Positions 1 through 13,189 of a stretch of 64,000 nucleotides of DNA are shown piece after piece (position 1 is the stretch's first letter; each line of letters begins with the position of its first letter). The notes under the pieces are model-generated. The model saw nothing but the letters and a program-made list of their open reading frames with translations. It did no database searches and was not told where the DNA came from. A program made the translations under genes and the position numbers. Source of the stretch: Lama guanicoe (taxonomy: Eukaryota); assembly GCA_013239625.1 (NCBI GenBank), contig MU053810.1, positions 3,235,518 to 3,299,517 of the forward strand, given 5' to 3'.

Positions 1-199
1 CTGTTTGTATATTCACTCTGAGCAGAATCTGCCAGCGCAGAACACTGTTTCACTCTGTTCTGCTTCCCCGAGATCTAGCTGAGTTTCTAGCACATATTAA
101 GCATGTGATGAATACTCAATGACCAGAAAAGAGAGGGAAATATGTAGATACAACAAGCCTGAGAAAGGATAGAATTGTATCATTGTGTTTTGGGGAAAG

Positions 200-610
200 T
201 TACAGAATCTCATACACAAGTGGCTTAAGCAATGTGGACTTTTTAAAAAATTTCACAGGACACAAACTTCAGAGTCAGGGCAGTTCCAAGGTTGGTTATG
301 CAGCTCAGCAGTGTCATGGAGGACCCAGATGGTTTTCATTTTTGTACTCAGCCATCCTCAGCACATTGTTGATTTCTTCTGTGTTAGTTGCAAGATAGAT
401 GTAGGCGTTCCAGATGTCATTTGCAGGCAGATACGACCACGTCCAGTAAAGAAGAGGCTGTGTCTCCTCTTGTATATCTCCATTTGTTACAGAGGAAAAT
501 CTCTCACAGATGCTTCTAGCTGACTTCTTCTCAGGGTCCACTTGCCAGGACTGATTCACAAGCCCATGCCCTGACTGACACAGGCTTGTTAGGTGGATGC
601 CAGCAGCGAC
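200..610. mobile_element. Old MaLR LTR remnant (MLT1-type)
   Basis: tggcttaagcaa...gggcagttccaaggttgg...ctcagccatcctcagc...ccagatgtca resembles old MLT1 consensus as I recall it. Boundaries approximate. Confidence 0.5.
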
Positions 611-1263
611 TGGCACAGGGATAGCAGAGGAAGTGACAGTAGGGAAGAGGACAAAGATACACCACAGGGAAAAGAGCAGTGACCGGGGCAGGATGAAGCC
701 GTGAGCCTGTGGGATGTTCAGGCCTATTGTACTGTTACCTGATATGCACTGTCTTATGCACCCAGTATCTGTACGAAGGTGGTAGGACCACGTCATCTAT
801 GAGTGATGGTGTGTGCCACCCACAAGCAGACCTGGGTTTTGCAGGACGATATAAATTGGAGTTGTAAAGTATATGAAACTGCAAGCACAAAATTGCTAGG
901 CCCCATCCAGGTCCTTGGAAACTTCACTCCCTTCAGGCAAACCCTTCTTTGGTGCCATCCGCTGCCCTTCCCGCATTTAATATCACTGCTCCAGAAAGAA
1001 TGGAAAACAGCTTCGAAGGGGAATGGGTAACAAGTCAGAAGAACTGCTTGCTGTATTGTTAACATTATACAGTCCAAGGAGAGGAGGATATGGCACTCAG
1101 TTATTTGAGGAAAGGATAAAGTTTTTATTAATAGTACTTTTAAACAGTTGTTTACTGCATATTCTTTACTCTTAGAAACTATGTATAGAAGTGAAAATCT
1201 ATAAATAGATGAACTAATCCTTTCAAATAATACTCTTTCAAAATAAAGTGTTTAGCCTATTTA

Positions 1264-1485
1264 GAATTGACCCTTGAATGATGCAGGGGTTAGAGGTGCC
1301 GACCCTCCCTGAAGTGGAAAATCTGAGTATAATTTATAGTCAGCCTCTTATCAGCAGTTCCTGCATATCTGTGGTTCCAAATCCAACCAACCACCATGGG
1401 GTAGTACTGCAGTATTTACTATTGAAAAAGTCCGCTTTCAAGTGGACCCACACCGTTCAAACCCAGTGCTGTTTGGGGTCAACTG
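1264..1485. mobile_element. TcMar-Tigger MITE (MER8-like)
   Basis: Degenerate terminal inverted repeats gaattgacccttgaa...ttggggtcaactg flanked by TA on both sides (1262-1263, 1486-1487). Internal ggggttagaggtgccgaccc and aagtggaccc...gttcaaaccc are typical of the family. Confidence 0.8.
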
Positions 1486-3163
1486 TATATATGTATTTTT
1501 TTTCCAGGTACCCTTAAATATATACATATAAAGTTGATGCTACCATACAACACCTGTATAATGTGGAATGAACTGAATTAAGTAACAAGTTCATCATTAA
1601 GATAAAGTATAAAAATTTTACATCTAGACATCACAGGACATCACACGTTGTTTTCCTCCATTTCCCTTGGGTGCGGGTGGCCAGACAGAAATAGTGAGCA
1701 TGTGTTTCACCTGCTGTCTTTTTGGTCTTCAGGTGATTGCAGTAGAGCCTCAGAGATGCTTCTGAGGAATCTCTTCTATTGATCTGTTAGACTGATATTC
1801 CAGTCTATTGCTGCTATTGTCCTTTTTGGAAAAAACCCATCTTCCTCTTATCTGCATCTGGTTCTTGAGATTACAAATTAACTTCCTGTTGTATTTTCAT
1901 ATTTCACACTAGAGTTTGTAAATTGAAACATATTTGCTAATCAGTGTAGTGTTAATTTGTAGACGTGTCACCTGCACCAGTGCCGATTGAGTCTGGCAGA
2001 TAATAACCTTCCATTAATACCTGTTTAATGAAAGAATGAATGAATCATTTAGACGATCTTGGGACTTCTAAGATAATTATAATAATTGAAGGAAAACAAG
2101 TGTTGGACACTAACCTGCATTTTCTAACATTTTTTTCTTTTTTTTAGAAAATGTGATATTACCAGTCTTTTGAAAAATTAAAGACTATTTTCTTTAAAGA
2201 CTGTGACATGCTCAATTGATAGCTTGGCTATTAAGACATAAATTTTCAAGGCACTACAAATCTGAGAAAATGAGAACATAATTTGAAAGGAAGAGATTGT
2301 AGAAATGAGTATATGTGATTTAGTAAGAGACACAAAGAGAGTAGAATCTGTATGTACTGTGTTTTATGCTTCTCAAAAGACATTTTTTACACATATATTG
2401 TATGGATCTGCCTTCTTGACTCCTGTTCTCTATAATGTAAAAATGTGGTTTTTTATAGCTGTTATTCTTGGGCACACAAGTAGATCAACATATACTCAAA
2501 ACATATGCTTTCTGACATGTAAAATTAAGAGAAATTTCTTTATCTAACATTAACATGTATATATATTGAAGTATGTTGTTCAATTGTAGCTCTCATTTTT
2601 GAAAGTGTTTTCATGTGTACAATGAAAATGCATCTTTTAATTTTTCATAAAAGTTTTAAAAACCTTTTAAAAGTACTCTAAGATGAAAGGAATTTAAAAA
2701 TCGACATTATTGGCACAAGCTTCATGTTAATGTTTACTTATGTAAATAGCACAAAATACTGCCTAATTAGTGTGGTTGGTAAATTTTTGGTACTTTAATT
2801 TTCTCTGTTATTGTAAACCATGCATAAAATGCTTGCCTATTGAGAAGCGCAGAATTGTCAGAGCTTAAACAGCTGACATCTGCTTACTCTCTTAAAAAAA
2901 AAAAAAGAATAACAAGCCATTTCAGCCTAATCTACCTCAAATGTGTTCATGTAAATTGAGGTCCGTCCATTGACCTGCATTCTTTTCAGCTCAGGATTGG
3001 TCCACATGGTTCATGAAGCCAGGAAGGCTGATTAGAAATGCAGATGTCAAGACAGTGAAGTACGCCCTCCCCTCTTCCCTTTGCTGTCTATGTCAGGGTG
3101 AAAAGTGGCTTGTACCAGGGTCAGTCACCCATACTCACTTAATTACTTTCCTTGGACCCACAG

Positions 3164-3369
3164 AACTGTCACAAGCTGTGGTGGATGCGGGAGCCGTTCC
3201 TCTTTTGGTGCTCTGTATCCAGGAGCCAGAAATTGCTTTGAAAGGGATTGCTGCTTCAGCCCTTAGTGATATAGCAAAGCATTCTCCAGAGCTGGCGCAG
3301 ACAGTGGTGGATGTGGGAGCGATCGCTCACTTAGCCCAGATGATCCTGAACCCTGATGCTAAATTGAAG
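3164..3369 (+). CDS. SPAG6: SPAG6 internal coding exon (probably exon 5), armadillo repeats
   Basis: Acceptor ccttggacccacAG and donor AAG|GTATTT; 206 nt, phase 1 to 0. Encodes ELSQAVVDAGAVPLLVLCIQEPEIALKGIAASALSDIAKHSPELAQTVVDVGAIAHLAQMILNPDAKLK, recognised as SPAG6/PF16. Confidence 0.97.
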
Positions 3370-4255
3370 GTATTTAAAAATAAAGTTATCCAGCAAACAA
3401 ACCAGGCTTCTGATAATCTGAGAAAATGAAAATGTGTGCAGCTTATTATGCATTTAAAAAATAATTAGTAAATTATCATGGAAAAGAGATATGAATATAT
3501 TATGTACTTGGTCCTTTAATGCATGAAAATTATGCTGTAAGGATTAGACAATAAGGAACGTGACTGGGAAAAATGTGTGCAATGCTGAAAACTAGGAGTA
3601 GCATCAGAGTTAATATTTATAGTTAAAATAAGGAATCAGAAAATGATTGAATCTCAGGGTTAGAAGAGACCTAAAGGTTTTCTAGCCCACTAGAATATTG
3701 AAGTTTCTTATGAAAATTGCCATATTTATATTAGTCTTTTTATAGTTTTCTAAAATCTAATTTTTAGTTCATAGTCACCAATTATACTTTTATATTCTAA
3801 TAGTTATATTCTATTAGGTTTAAATTAGTAGTGTTAATTAAGCAATGGAAAGTTCTTTAAAATGGTATCAGCAACATGCCAAAAATATTAGTTCTGCTTG
3901 ACCATTTTTGTGTTACATTACTGCCTTTATTGTAATTATTTAAGTATTGCATACTTAAGAAATAATATTCATCCAGGGATCATTCTTTGACCAGCCTCAG
4001 TAGACAGAGGTTTAAATAGTCAGTAGTGTGAACTAAGACCTTTAACTTGGGAATTAGGGAATTTAAGAACTTGAGCTTTTAGGTGTAAGACTAGGATGTG
4101 AGTGCCTCGCGACTCAGAAATCTTAGGCCACGTTGGATATGTGATTATTTTTTCCCTTTCATAAAGGAATTTGCCTGTACATAAAGCTGTTTAAATTACA
4201 CCTGAGCTCTGCAGCGGACTCTTCATGATGTTTTGCTTTGGTTTTTGCTTAACAG

Positions 4256-4429
4256 CGTCAGGTCCTTTCTGCTCTCAGTCAGATCGCAAAACACTCTGTG
4301 AATATGGCAGAAATGGTGGTTGAAGCAGAGATTTTCCCTGTTGTACTCACGTGTCTGAAGGACAAAGATGACTATGTGAAGAAAAATGCTTCCACTTTAA
4401 TTAGAGAGATTGCAAAGCATACACCTGAG
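4256..4429 (+). CDS. SPAG6: SPAG6 coding exon (probably exon 6)
   Basis: Acceptor gtttttgcttaacAG and donor GAG|GTAAAA; 174 nt. Encodes RQVLSALSQIAKHSVNMAEMVVEAEIFPVVLTCLKDKDDYVKKNASTLIREIAKHTPE. Not in the ORF track; translated by hand. Confidence 0.97.
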
Positions 4430-4539
4430 GTAAAAGAAGGGGGGAAAAACAGTTTCTGATTACAATAGTATATAGTTAGTTTTAGTTTTCAAGTAAGATG
4501 TCAAATTATTCACAAAGTCCCAGGACGATGTCACATGTT

Positions 4540-4756
4540 CGGATTTCTCATCCTCAGTACTACTGACCTTTGGGCCACATATTTCTTTGTTGTGGGAAGC
4601 TGTCCTGGGCACTGTAGGATGGGTGTTCAGCAGCATCCCTGGCCTCTGCCTGCTAGATGCCAGTAGCACCCTTCCCCTCAGTTGTGACAATCAAAAGTGT
4701 CCCATATTGCCAAATGTTTCCTGGTGGACAAAAGTGCCCCCAGTTGAGAACCATTG
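4540..4756. mobile_element. hAT-Charlie MER20
   Basis: tttctca...ctgtcctgggcactgtaggatg...cagcatccctggcctct...ctagatgccagtagcac...cagttgtgacaa...cagttgagaaccattg follows the MER20 consensus over ~215 bp. Confidence 0.85.
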
Positions 4757-5600
4757 GGTTATATCAACGGAGTTTCAATCTGAAGTCTCAGGTTTTAACC
4801 ATTTTCTACTTTCCATTTCTAGATTGTAGGGACCGTAGACTTTGTCATCCCATCACTTTAGGTCACCTGGGTGTAGTGAGAGATAGTGCACCCCTAGATT
4901 GGGAGAGCCCACCAGGCCCCCAATCTGGTGTAACCTAACAGCCACTTGTACATGGTGCACCCGAGCACTTAGATGCAAAAGGAATAGAGACCAAGCGACC
5001 GCGGGTGGATCCTGAAGTATCTTCTTCTGTGTATATTTTGATGGATCAATTTCATTTCACTAAACTTTAAAAGTCCTCATCCTTTATTTCACCCAGCGTC
5101 TTTATCTGGCTGAGATTTTTTCAAGATGGCAATGCCATCAGCTAGTGACCATTGCTAGCAAAGGAGGGATAATTAGGCTGGACTATTTCAAGTCTGACCT
5201 TGCCTTTCAGCATTCAGTGAGTGTGACCAGTCTGCTTCATAGTCACGCACGGGGATGGGGGATTTCAGCAGTTAGCTAGTTACAGACTGGCCCAAGGGTT
5301 AGTGTTTGGATGAGGAATTTTGATGTCCACAATGACAGGGATAAAAGTTGTGCCATCGATGCATGAAAAGTCGAACCATGGAGAGGCTCCTCACAGGGAG
5401 CCTTGTCTACAAGCCAAAAATAGGATCGTTATCCTTGCACAGTTCTTTAATAAATATAATAGTTTCACTAAATGACATTTCAGATTTTACCAGATGCATT
5501 CTAGATCCTAAATTCCAAAGTTTGGCAATGCTAGAGTACCATTTAAAGACCACCGTACCCTTTAGGGTCATGGGTTATCCAGCTCTCCTCCTCTTCTCAG

Positions 5601-5753
5601 CTTTCGCAGTTGATCGTGAATGCAGGGGGAGTTGCTGCTGTGATCGACTGCATCGCATCCTGCAAAGGGAACATCAGGCTGCCGGGCATCATGATGCTTG
5701 GCTACGTGGCGGCTCATTCTGAGAACCTGGCAATGGCAGTCATCATCTCCAAG
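5601..5753 (+). CDS. SPAG6: SPAG6 coding exon (probably exon 7)
   Basis: Acceptor ctcctcctcttctcAG and donor AAG|GTTTGT; 153 nt. Encodes LSQLIVNAGGVAAVIDCIASCKGNIRLPGIMMLGYVAAHSENLAMAVIISK. Confidence 0.97.
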
Positions 5754-7908
5754 GTTTGTTTTGGCAGCATTTTCTCTAATGATTGCAGTGAGGGACTCTA
5801 AGACAGAACCACAGATGAATGCTCTTCCACAGGATGTGAAATACAACCGACCAGAGTCAAAGAACTGCCAGTTCTTTTCAAGTTAGTAAGTTTCCCAAAG
5901 CAATGCTTGAAGTAAGGCTTACTTGGCAGGAAGTTTAGAGTTCTACTCAGTATTTAATATCAATACCTCTGAGTATTATTAGTATTATCTGTACTTAAAT
6001 ATTGCATGCTTGTATCTTGAAGGATTGGCTGTATCTATTTAGAAATAATGTAAAGCATACTTTGATTAAAGACAGCTATCGTAAAGGACATGCCCCATGG
6101 TCATTTTCATTATTCTCAGAGGTCTGTACATCCTCCCCCTTCCTGCCACTGGGAAGGCTCCCTCTCCTGCAGCTTCCATGAGCCGGTTTCTCTGTTGGAC
6201 TGAGGCAATTCAGAGCGTGTTGCTGTTGCGGATAGCAACATTTGTTTCCTTGCTCTGGGGTCTTGGCCCTATCTCAATTTACAACTTGGTATTAACCCAC
6301 CAGATTGTGTAGCCCTGGCTCATAGTAGGTGCTCAAAAAAAATATTTGTTGAATGTACTGATCTCTCAAAATGTGCTTCAAAGGCTGTGTGCTCCCAGTG
6401 TCTCTGGAGACCCTCTAGGGTATGGATTTCTTATCAGCATGGAAAATCTGCCTCTGTATGTTAAACAGAAGTGTGGTTTTTTTTTTTTATCCCTTGCTAA
6501 TCCTCAGGATAAAAAAGAGCCTCAGATCTTTATTTTCTACCTATTCCTTGATAATTCTTTACTTCATTCCCTTTTTATCCTGTGCTTTTCCTTTTGTCCT
6601 TCTATTACCAAAGTCTCTGATCGTGGCCAGAGCAGCAGCACTGCTTTCTGAAGGGTCACCGTGGGGATGTTTTTGGGATTTCTGATTCTCAGTCCTTTTG
6701 TGGGTAGTCAGAAAGTCTGCATGTAGGAAGGAGGATGAAAGGCACAGCTATTGCTTTTCCTTCCTGTTTCTTCCCCAGGTGAACCAGGAGGCGCTCCCCT
6801 CCTTTGGCCCGGGGTCACGGCTGGCCTCTCCCACCTGGTTTGTCCTTCGTTCAGTTGAGGATTGAGGTGGGGGCAGCAGCGGTTTGAGGCAAACCACACA
6901 GCACTGTCTCAGGCTTTTCCTTTTCCAAGTGGCACTGTAAGGACTGCCAATGAAGAAATATGGCACATTTCCTCAGGAGTTTGGTCTTAAAAAACCAAAT
7001 GTTAAGTTGGAGGGAAAAAAAATGTATATATGATCACTTGGCCTTTGCTGTGGTAGCATGACCATGTGATCGTGGCTTTTGTGGTCCTCAATTTAAAGTG
7101 ATAATTCTTACTGTCTCGAGTTAGAAAATTATGCCTATACGGAATCTGGAATTATAATTTGATATGGTTATTTGAGTCTTCCTTGGATACATAAACTGTA
7201 ATGTATTTGAGGTCCTTTAGTTAATTCTGTTTTGACTATTTAGATAAAATTGAAGTTTGAAGTGCAGAATATAAGCACATGCCATCTGTATAACAAAAAT
7301 ACTCATCTCTGCTTTGATAATCACATGAAAATGGGCAAAAATATCATTTAAAAGTTGACCAAAATTAACAGAAATTTACTATTTCAGGAAAGGTTTTAGT
7401 GAATATATTTCATCTCAAATTCACTTAAATAGAATCCTTGCTCATATTAGTCATTTGATTCTGGATCTAGAGTAGTTATTTTGTTCTCAGATCTATTGTA
7501 CTTGGTGAAGAGGCAATTTTTAAAAGGATTCTAAGTTAACTTTTTTGACAAAAGAAAAACAAAAGGTTTTAAAGTCCTTTGCATTTTTGACTTGCCACAG
7601 TGGAATCTGGTTTTGCCTAAATACTAATCTGTGGCATCTGTTTTTTGATTAAATGCCTCTGTTTGGGGAGTAAATGCTAGTAGAGATATTTAGTTTGGTT
7701 GGATTGTAACAGATAATTAAGATGAATTAGTTCTAGTCATTTTATCAACTTGAAAAATGACAGCCCCTGTGAAGCGCTCATTTATTGAACCGTTTAGGGA
7801 AAAAAAGGATCAAGACCAAAACGATTCCTTCTAATGTTTGCGAAGCAGGGAAGACTCTTTAATCCCGCTCGAGATTCCTAACACTTGCTCTTTTGATCAA
7901 CGCTGCAG

Positions 7909-8100
7909 GGTGTGCCCATGTTGTCAGTCTGCTTGTCGGAGGAACCAGAAGACCACATTAAGGCTGCTGCCACCTGGGCCTTAGGACAGATTGGGAGACA
8001 CACTCCCGAGCACGCCCGGGCTGTCGTGGTCACCAATACGTTACCTGTTCTGCTTTCTTTGTACATGTCAACAGAAAGTTCTGAGGATCTTCAAATAAAA
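7909..8100 (+). CDS. SPAG6: SPAG6 coding exon (probably exon 8)
   Basis: Acceptor cgctgcAG and donor AAA|GTAAGG; 192 nt. Encodes GVPMLSVCLSEEPEDHIKAAATWALGQIGRHTPEHARAVVVTNTLPVLLSLYMSTESSEDLQIK. Confidence 0.97.
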
Positions 8101-8529
8101 GTAAGGGTTTAATTCTTCACTGTTTTAATGAAGACTCACTCTTAAAAATATGTACTTTAAAATGTTTTAATTTTCCCTACGGACAATATTGCTTTTCTGT
8201 GTTGAGAAAGACATTTATCAGAAGAACTGAGGTGACTGAAAATGCATTAGTTTCCCTTGACTCTAAGAATCAGAGAGGTATTTTAAATTAAGTTCTCGAC
8301 AAGTACAAAGTTGTTTGTACAATGAATGTCTGGTTGCTGCCTTCTACATTTCTGTGGACTTTTCTTATGAAACAGGGATTGAATAATAGAATTTTGGAGG
8401 TGAAATTGGCCAGAGAGAACTTTAGTCCATTTTACATTAAAAAATTGAGTCTAAAATAATTTTAGGTGATTTCCAAAGGTATTCCTGAAGCCATGAGCTA
8501 CCTTTCCTGACTCCAAGTCCTCCTGATCA

Positions 8530-8671
8530 TTTTTTTTTTAATTTTTATTTTCTCAGGGAGGAGGTAATTAGGTTTATTTATGTAGTTTTTCTGATGAAGG
8601 TGCTGGGGATTGAACCCAGGGCCTTGTGCATGCTAAGCATACATTCTACCACTTGAGCTATACCCTCCCCC
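8530..8671 (-). mobile_element. tRNA-Ala-derived SINE (camelid Vic-1 type)
   Basis: Reverse complement GGGGAGGGTATAGCTCAAGTGGTAGAATGTATGCTTAGCATGCACAAGGCCCTGGGTTCAATCCCCAGCACC has Pol III A and B boxes followed by an A-rich tail. Imperfect TSD tcctcctgat (8518-8527) / tcttcctgat (8673-8682). Confidence 0.85.
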
Positions 8672-10491
8672 TTCTTCCTGATTTTTTAATTATATCTTTG
8701 TTTCTTAAAAGAAAATTGACCATAAGAGTCACTAAGCATTTTAAATCATGCATTTAAAAAAAATCAAAATTTCTGAAAAAAAAACGTTACTAGCTACTAA
8801 AATGATTCATAAAACATGAATATAAAGTAGAATGAATTTTTAAATAATTTAGTCTCAAAGAAAGAAAAATATTTCCCAGAATGCTCGCTATTAGGAAAAC
8901 ATGAAACTTTTTGAAAGCCGCTTTCAGAATTGACTTGGATTGGGGGAATTACACAGAAAAGACAATAATTTAAAATAATATCAACAGTAAGTTAAATTAC
9001 ATTTGAATTTTAATTAAACAATAAAGTAACATAGGAAAACATATTTGCTGGAGCAACTTTAGATGGTAGAGTGAAGCGGGTGGTCTTTTTGAACCACACA
9101 GTTGAGGGAATCTGAAAGTGATGTAGGGAGTCATTTATTTGGTTTATAAATTTTATAAAAGTGAATTTATGTTGATTTGATTATGTGTATATGTTTTTTT
9201 CTCTACAAATTCACTGAGGGAAGTTGATTTCTAAGATTAAGCCTTTTTCAATTTTTATAAGACTTTCTAGATCAAAGCAATGACCTAATAGCTTTAGGGC
9301 TCCACTTACAAGTCTCCAATCTTGAGTCCATTCCTTGGCAATGCTTTGTAGAGAGTAAGACTGACAACATGCTAAAGTCTTTTCCTGTTTAACAGTTCTG
9401 TACATCTTTGACTTTCTGATGAGAAACCACAACTCCATTTCCAGTCATGAGCTGTCCAAGTACAGCTGACTTACATATGTGTAATTTTAACCCATACATG
9501 GAGTTCTCTTTTTGCCTCATATTTCTTTATCCTATTATCATCATTGTCTTTCTTCCTCCTTCTTCCCTGTCCCTCTCCCCTCCTTCCTCCTCCTCACTTC
9601 TCATCTGCCCCAAGCACAGAACCAAGTACAAGCGGGTGTGGAATTCTAGTGGAGAACACGAAGCTCCTAGAGCAAAGGGGGCAGGCTTTCATACTATAAG
9701 GAAACAGAATCACCACCAGCCGTGGCCCTAGAGCTGCCTCAGGGATGTCCTACAGTCACAGGGGGGCCCTTCTTCAGCCCCACCTATGGTAGGGGGCAGT
9801 GCCACGGGGTATCACTGTGAAATACAGGGTGCTGGGGAGAGTGGGAAGGGGACATGCAGGCGCCTCTTCTTTTACTTGTGGTGATACAGCCCCTGTTGCT
9901 GAGGGGAGCTTTTCTACACAGTAGAGTGGGTCCTCTCTGTTTTGTTTCTATCTGTGAATGGAGCAATTTCTAGCCATGTGCTGTAGCAGCGTATCTGCAA
10001 ATGCTCATTGAATGATGCACATAATAGAATATTTCTCACTACATGCCTGTACGCCATGAAACCTTTCGGAGAACGTGAAATGCCTGATAATAACTTTCTA
10101 CAATAAACCACCTTCTCTCATTTGTTGATTGGAAGTAATAGGACATATTAGTTATCTCACAGTTTAATATATATTAATTCTTATACTAATAAAATATGAT
10201 ATATATTAATTTATAATCTATAGCTTTATGCTATAGCTTTATTTCCACATAGTTTAAGAGCTCAATAACACACTGTACCTTTAAAAATTTAACAGGAAGA
10301 CAACTGTCAAGGTATTTTGATGGTGAACTAATGAAGGATAGTTTTTCTGACAACCATTTTAAACAATGAAACTCCAGGTTAGACCAGGAAATTCATTTCA
10401 TTTTAAAATTCCAGGAACACAAGACATGAATTTTTGTCCTGCTTTCATTGATTACTTACTTTGGTATGTATTTTGCTTTGTATTCCAATAG

Positions 10492-10608
10492 AGTAAAAAA
10501 GCCTTAAAGAATATCCTGCAACAATGCACCTATTTACCAGCTATTGAGCCATTACTGTATGACGCTCCTCCCAATATTCTGAAGCATGTGGTTGGACAGT
10601 TCAGTAAG
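10492..10608 (+). CDS. SPAG6: SPAG6 coding exon (probably exon 9)
   Basis: Acceptor tttgtattccaatAG and donor AAG|GTAAGG; 117 nt. Encodes SKKALKNILQQCTYLPAIEPLLYDAPPNILKHVVGQFSK. Confidence 0.97.
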
Positions 10609-11334
10609 GTAAGGGCTGTTCTCTTAGCCTGGAAGTGGGGGAAGAAAATTAAAATGAGGTATTAGCTCATTTTTTCCCCGTTGGGTCAATATTGTCTTCT
10701 GCAAGCTGGGGGCAGGGTTTTCTTACTTCTCTTTCATGGGTTGTATTAACAGGGAAGGTAATATAGTTTAAAAAATGAACATAAGTTAATAAAATTCACA
10801 CTTTCTTCTTCCTCACATTTTCCTCACAACCTCTGTACTGTCTTTTTTATGTTCTTGGAGAGAGGAAAGAGTCAACATATGAAAACCTTGTAATGCAGAT
10901 AATTTATATTGATAAGCAACTTTGGGTAATTTTTCCAGTGTCTGTTAGTCTCATGCATCTGAAAGATCTTATAAAGAAAAGGTAAAAGGTCTCTGAGTCA
11001 CCAAAATATTTTTTGCAAAGTTCATGCACTTTACTGGAGATGCTGTCAGTCATTTTGAGTTTATTGACTTATTTTGTGAACACTTTTAACAAATGTGGCC
11101 GTCATATTTCTTAGGTCAATGCAGATTAAAAGTAGTAAGGTAGAAAGTTTGAGCTGCTGGAAGGGGTACAGCCAGTGGGGCTGACTACTGACAGCAGAGG
11201 TTGAGAGAGAGAGAGAGAAAGTGCTTTCCCATAGCCATGGATAGCCAGGATGGGGACGCTAAGCTATCGAGAACTGGCTACATTGTGCTCAGGGGACTGG
11301 ATTTAAGCAAATGGCATCTTTGGAGTTAGTGTCC

Positions 11335-11555
11335 CACAGTGGCTGTGAGCTCAGGCTCTGGAGTTGGGTGGCCTGGATTTCCTGTTTCCCAGCTGTAATA
11401 TTTTTAGCTAAGTCTTGACCTCTTTGAAACTTAGTATAATTACCCATAAAATGGGGCTAATAAGAGAACCTATTTTATAGGGTCATTGTAAAGATTAATG
11501 AGATGTTATATGTAAAGAATTTAGCTTAATCCCAGGCACATATCAAGCACTCAAA
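11335..11555. mobile_element. MIR SINE remnant
   Basis: caggctctggagttgg...cataaaatggggctaataagagaacct...attgtaaagattaatgagat...ggcacatatcaagcactcaa is the MIR core. Confidence 0.7.
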
Positions 11556-13189
11556 AAAAAAAACCCACAAAAACCCCAAAAGTTGTTTTTAAGAAGTAAA
11601 ACACTGATGTTTTAAGGCTGATTTTTAAAAATTAATAAAAAATGAATGGTGGGGTGGAAATTCATTTGAATAGTCAGTTATAACGCTGTAGAAAGGAGGT
11701 CCTACTGCTTGTGTTCTGTATTTCTACAAACAATGAACAAAAGTATATATTGCTAGAGCATTTAAACTAGGCCCTGCAGCTCCCTGGGTCTAGTTCTAGG
11801 TACTCATCTGAAGATAATACTGTCTATAAGCAGCCCTCAGTTCTCCGAACCCTTTCCATGGTCTCCCACAGCCTGGCTGCCGCTCAAGGACCACAGTCCC
11901 TGAATGGTAGAAGGTTTTATGTTGTTGAAGGCACCTCAGTGTACAATTCTCTGCATCTAACACTTATGATCTGTCTTCCTCCTTCTAAGAAAATAAACTT
12001 TATTCTTTCTGAGTGCTCAGTAAGGAAGTGACCCGCTAATTTGACCAGTGAAGGGGGAGGGAGGAGTAAGGAGATGAGTGGTTCATCTACAGACAGGGGG
12101 TCACCAGCTCTTGAAAATGAGAAGCTGACATGATTTCTCCAAGCTTCATTTTATAGTCTAATCTTTTCAGCTACTGAGTGAGATATTCTAGTTTTATTGA
12201 ACTTGCTATGAAAGTGAACACTAACCTGAACTGAGTTCAAAATAAGTCACTTTTAAAGTAAATCAGGGGGGTTTGTAGAAGTCAGCCAAAATCAAATGAA
12301 GACAATACTGCGTATTATAATACTTTTATAAATGTGCCTTTGGGAATATTTGCTTCAGATGGAATTTTGTGTTTTCATAATCTAAGGATCCAGAGCCCTA
12401 GAAAGAGATGGGAAAGCGCTTTCAGGCAGAAGGAGAAAGATATTAATTTAACCTGGCTGCAGACAGATAGGAGGTAATAAAAACTCTCCAGGCCAAACAA
12501 AATATTTTAAACAGACACATCTGTAGGCTATTCCATTTGCTAGAAATACACATTAGTGTCAACTTTTATTGTCCAGTTGATGTGTATTATCATTTCATTA
12601 GCAAGATCCTTGTGTAGTTTTAAGTATTTGTTAAATGCCTATGTGTACCTGGCACTCTGTTAATCATTAAGCAATAGACCAAGAAGAATAAGACCAAGTT
12701 CTTCTTCAAGGAACTTTATAATCTAGCTGCAGGCATGAGATAAAACAATTAGAAAACACTTCAGAGTGCTAGACTTCACGATAAAGTTACTTATTTATTT
12801 TTTTCATTTGAGAAGGAATAAGTGAATGCAGCCTGAGGTATTCAGGGAGGACTTTAATGGAAGAAGTATAAGTGAAAAAAGCTGGTCTTTGAAAAAAGAG
12901 TAAGGATGGAGGGGGAAGAAAGGGTGTTTCTGTTAGAGGCAATGGTAGCAATGACCACGAAAGAGCAGTAATTCCCCACCCCACCCTCCTTGTCTGATCG
13001 TCCTGTTGGCTTGAATAATTAACTTCGTCTCCACTGGCTCTTTCTTCTAAACACAACAACATCCACTGTGGCTTTATTTAGTTCTCATTGGTTGCTTCTT
13101 AAAATCTACCCTTGGATTTGTTGATTCCCTACTTCCCTGATTTTTCTTGTCTCTAACATCTCAATTTCCTTTCTCTGGCTACTCCTTAG

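Noticed and set aside
183..1077. Cluster of 70-160 aa ORFs at the window start
   Set aside because: Lies in a SPAG6 intron over a probable LTR remnant, with no recognisable protein features.
3013..3429. 138-aa ORF as a standalone gene
   Set aside because: Only 3164-3369 is SPAG6. The flanks are intronic read-through past clear splice sites. The same applies to the ORFs at 5610, 7912 and 13914.
8598..8671. Possible tRNA-Ala gene
   Set aside because: It has an A-rich tail, a target-site duplication and a disrupted acceptor stem, so it is a SINE head.
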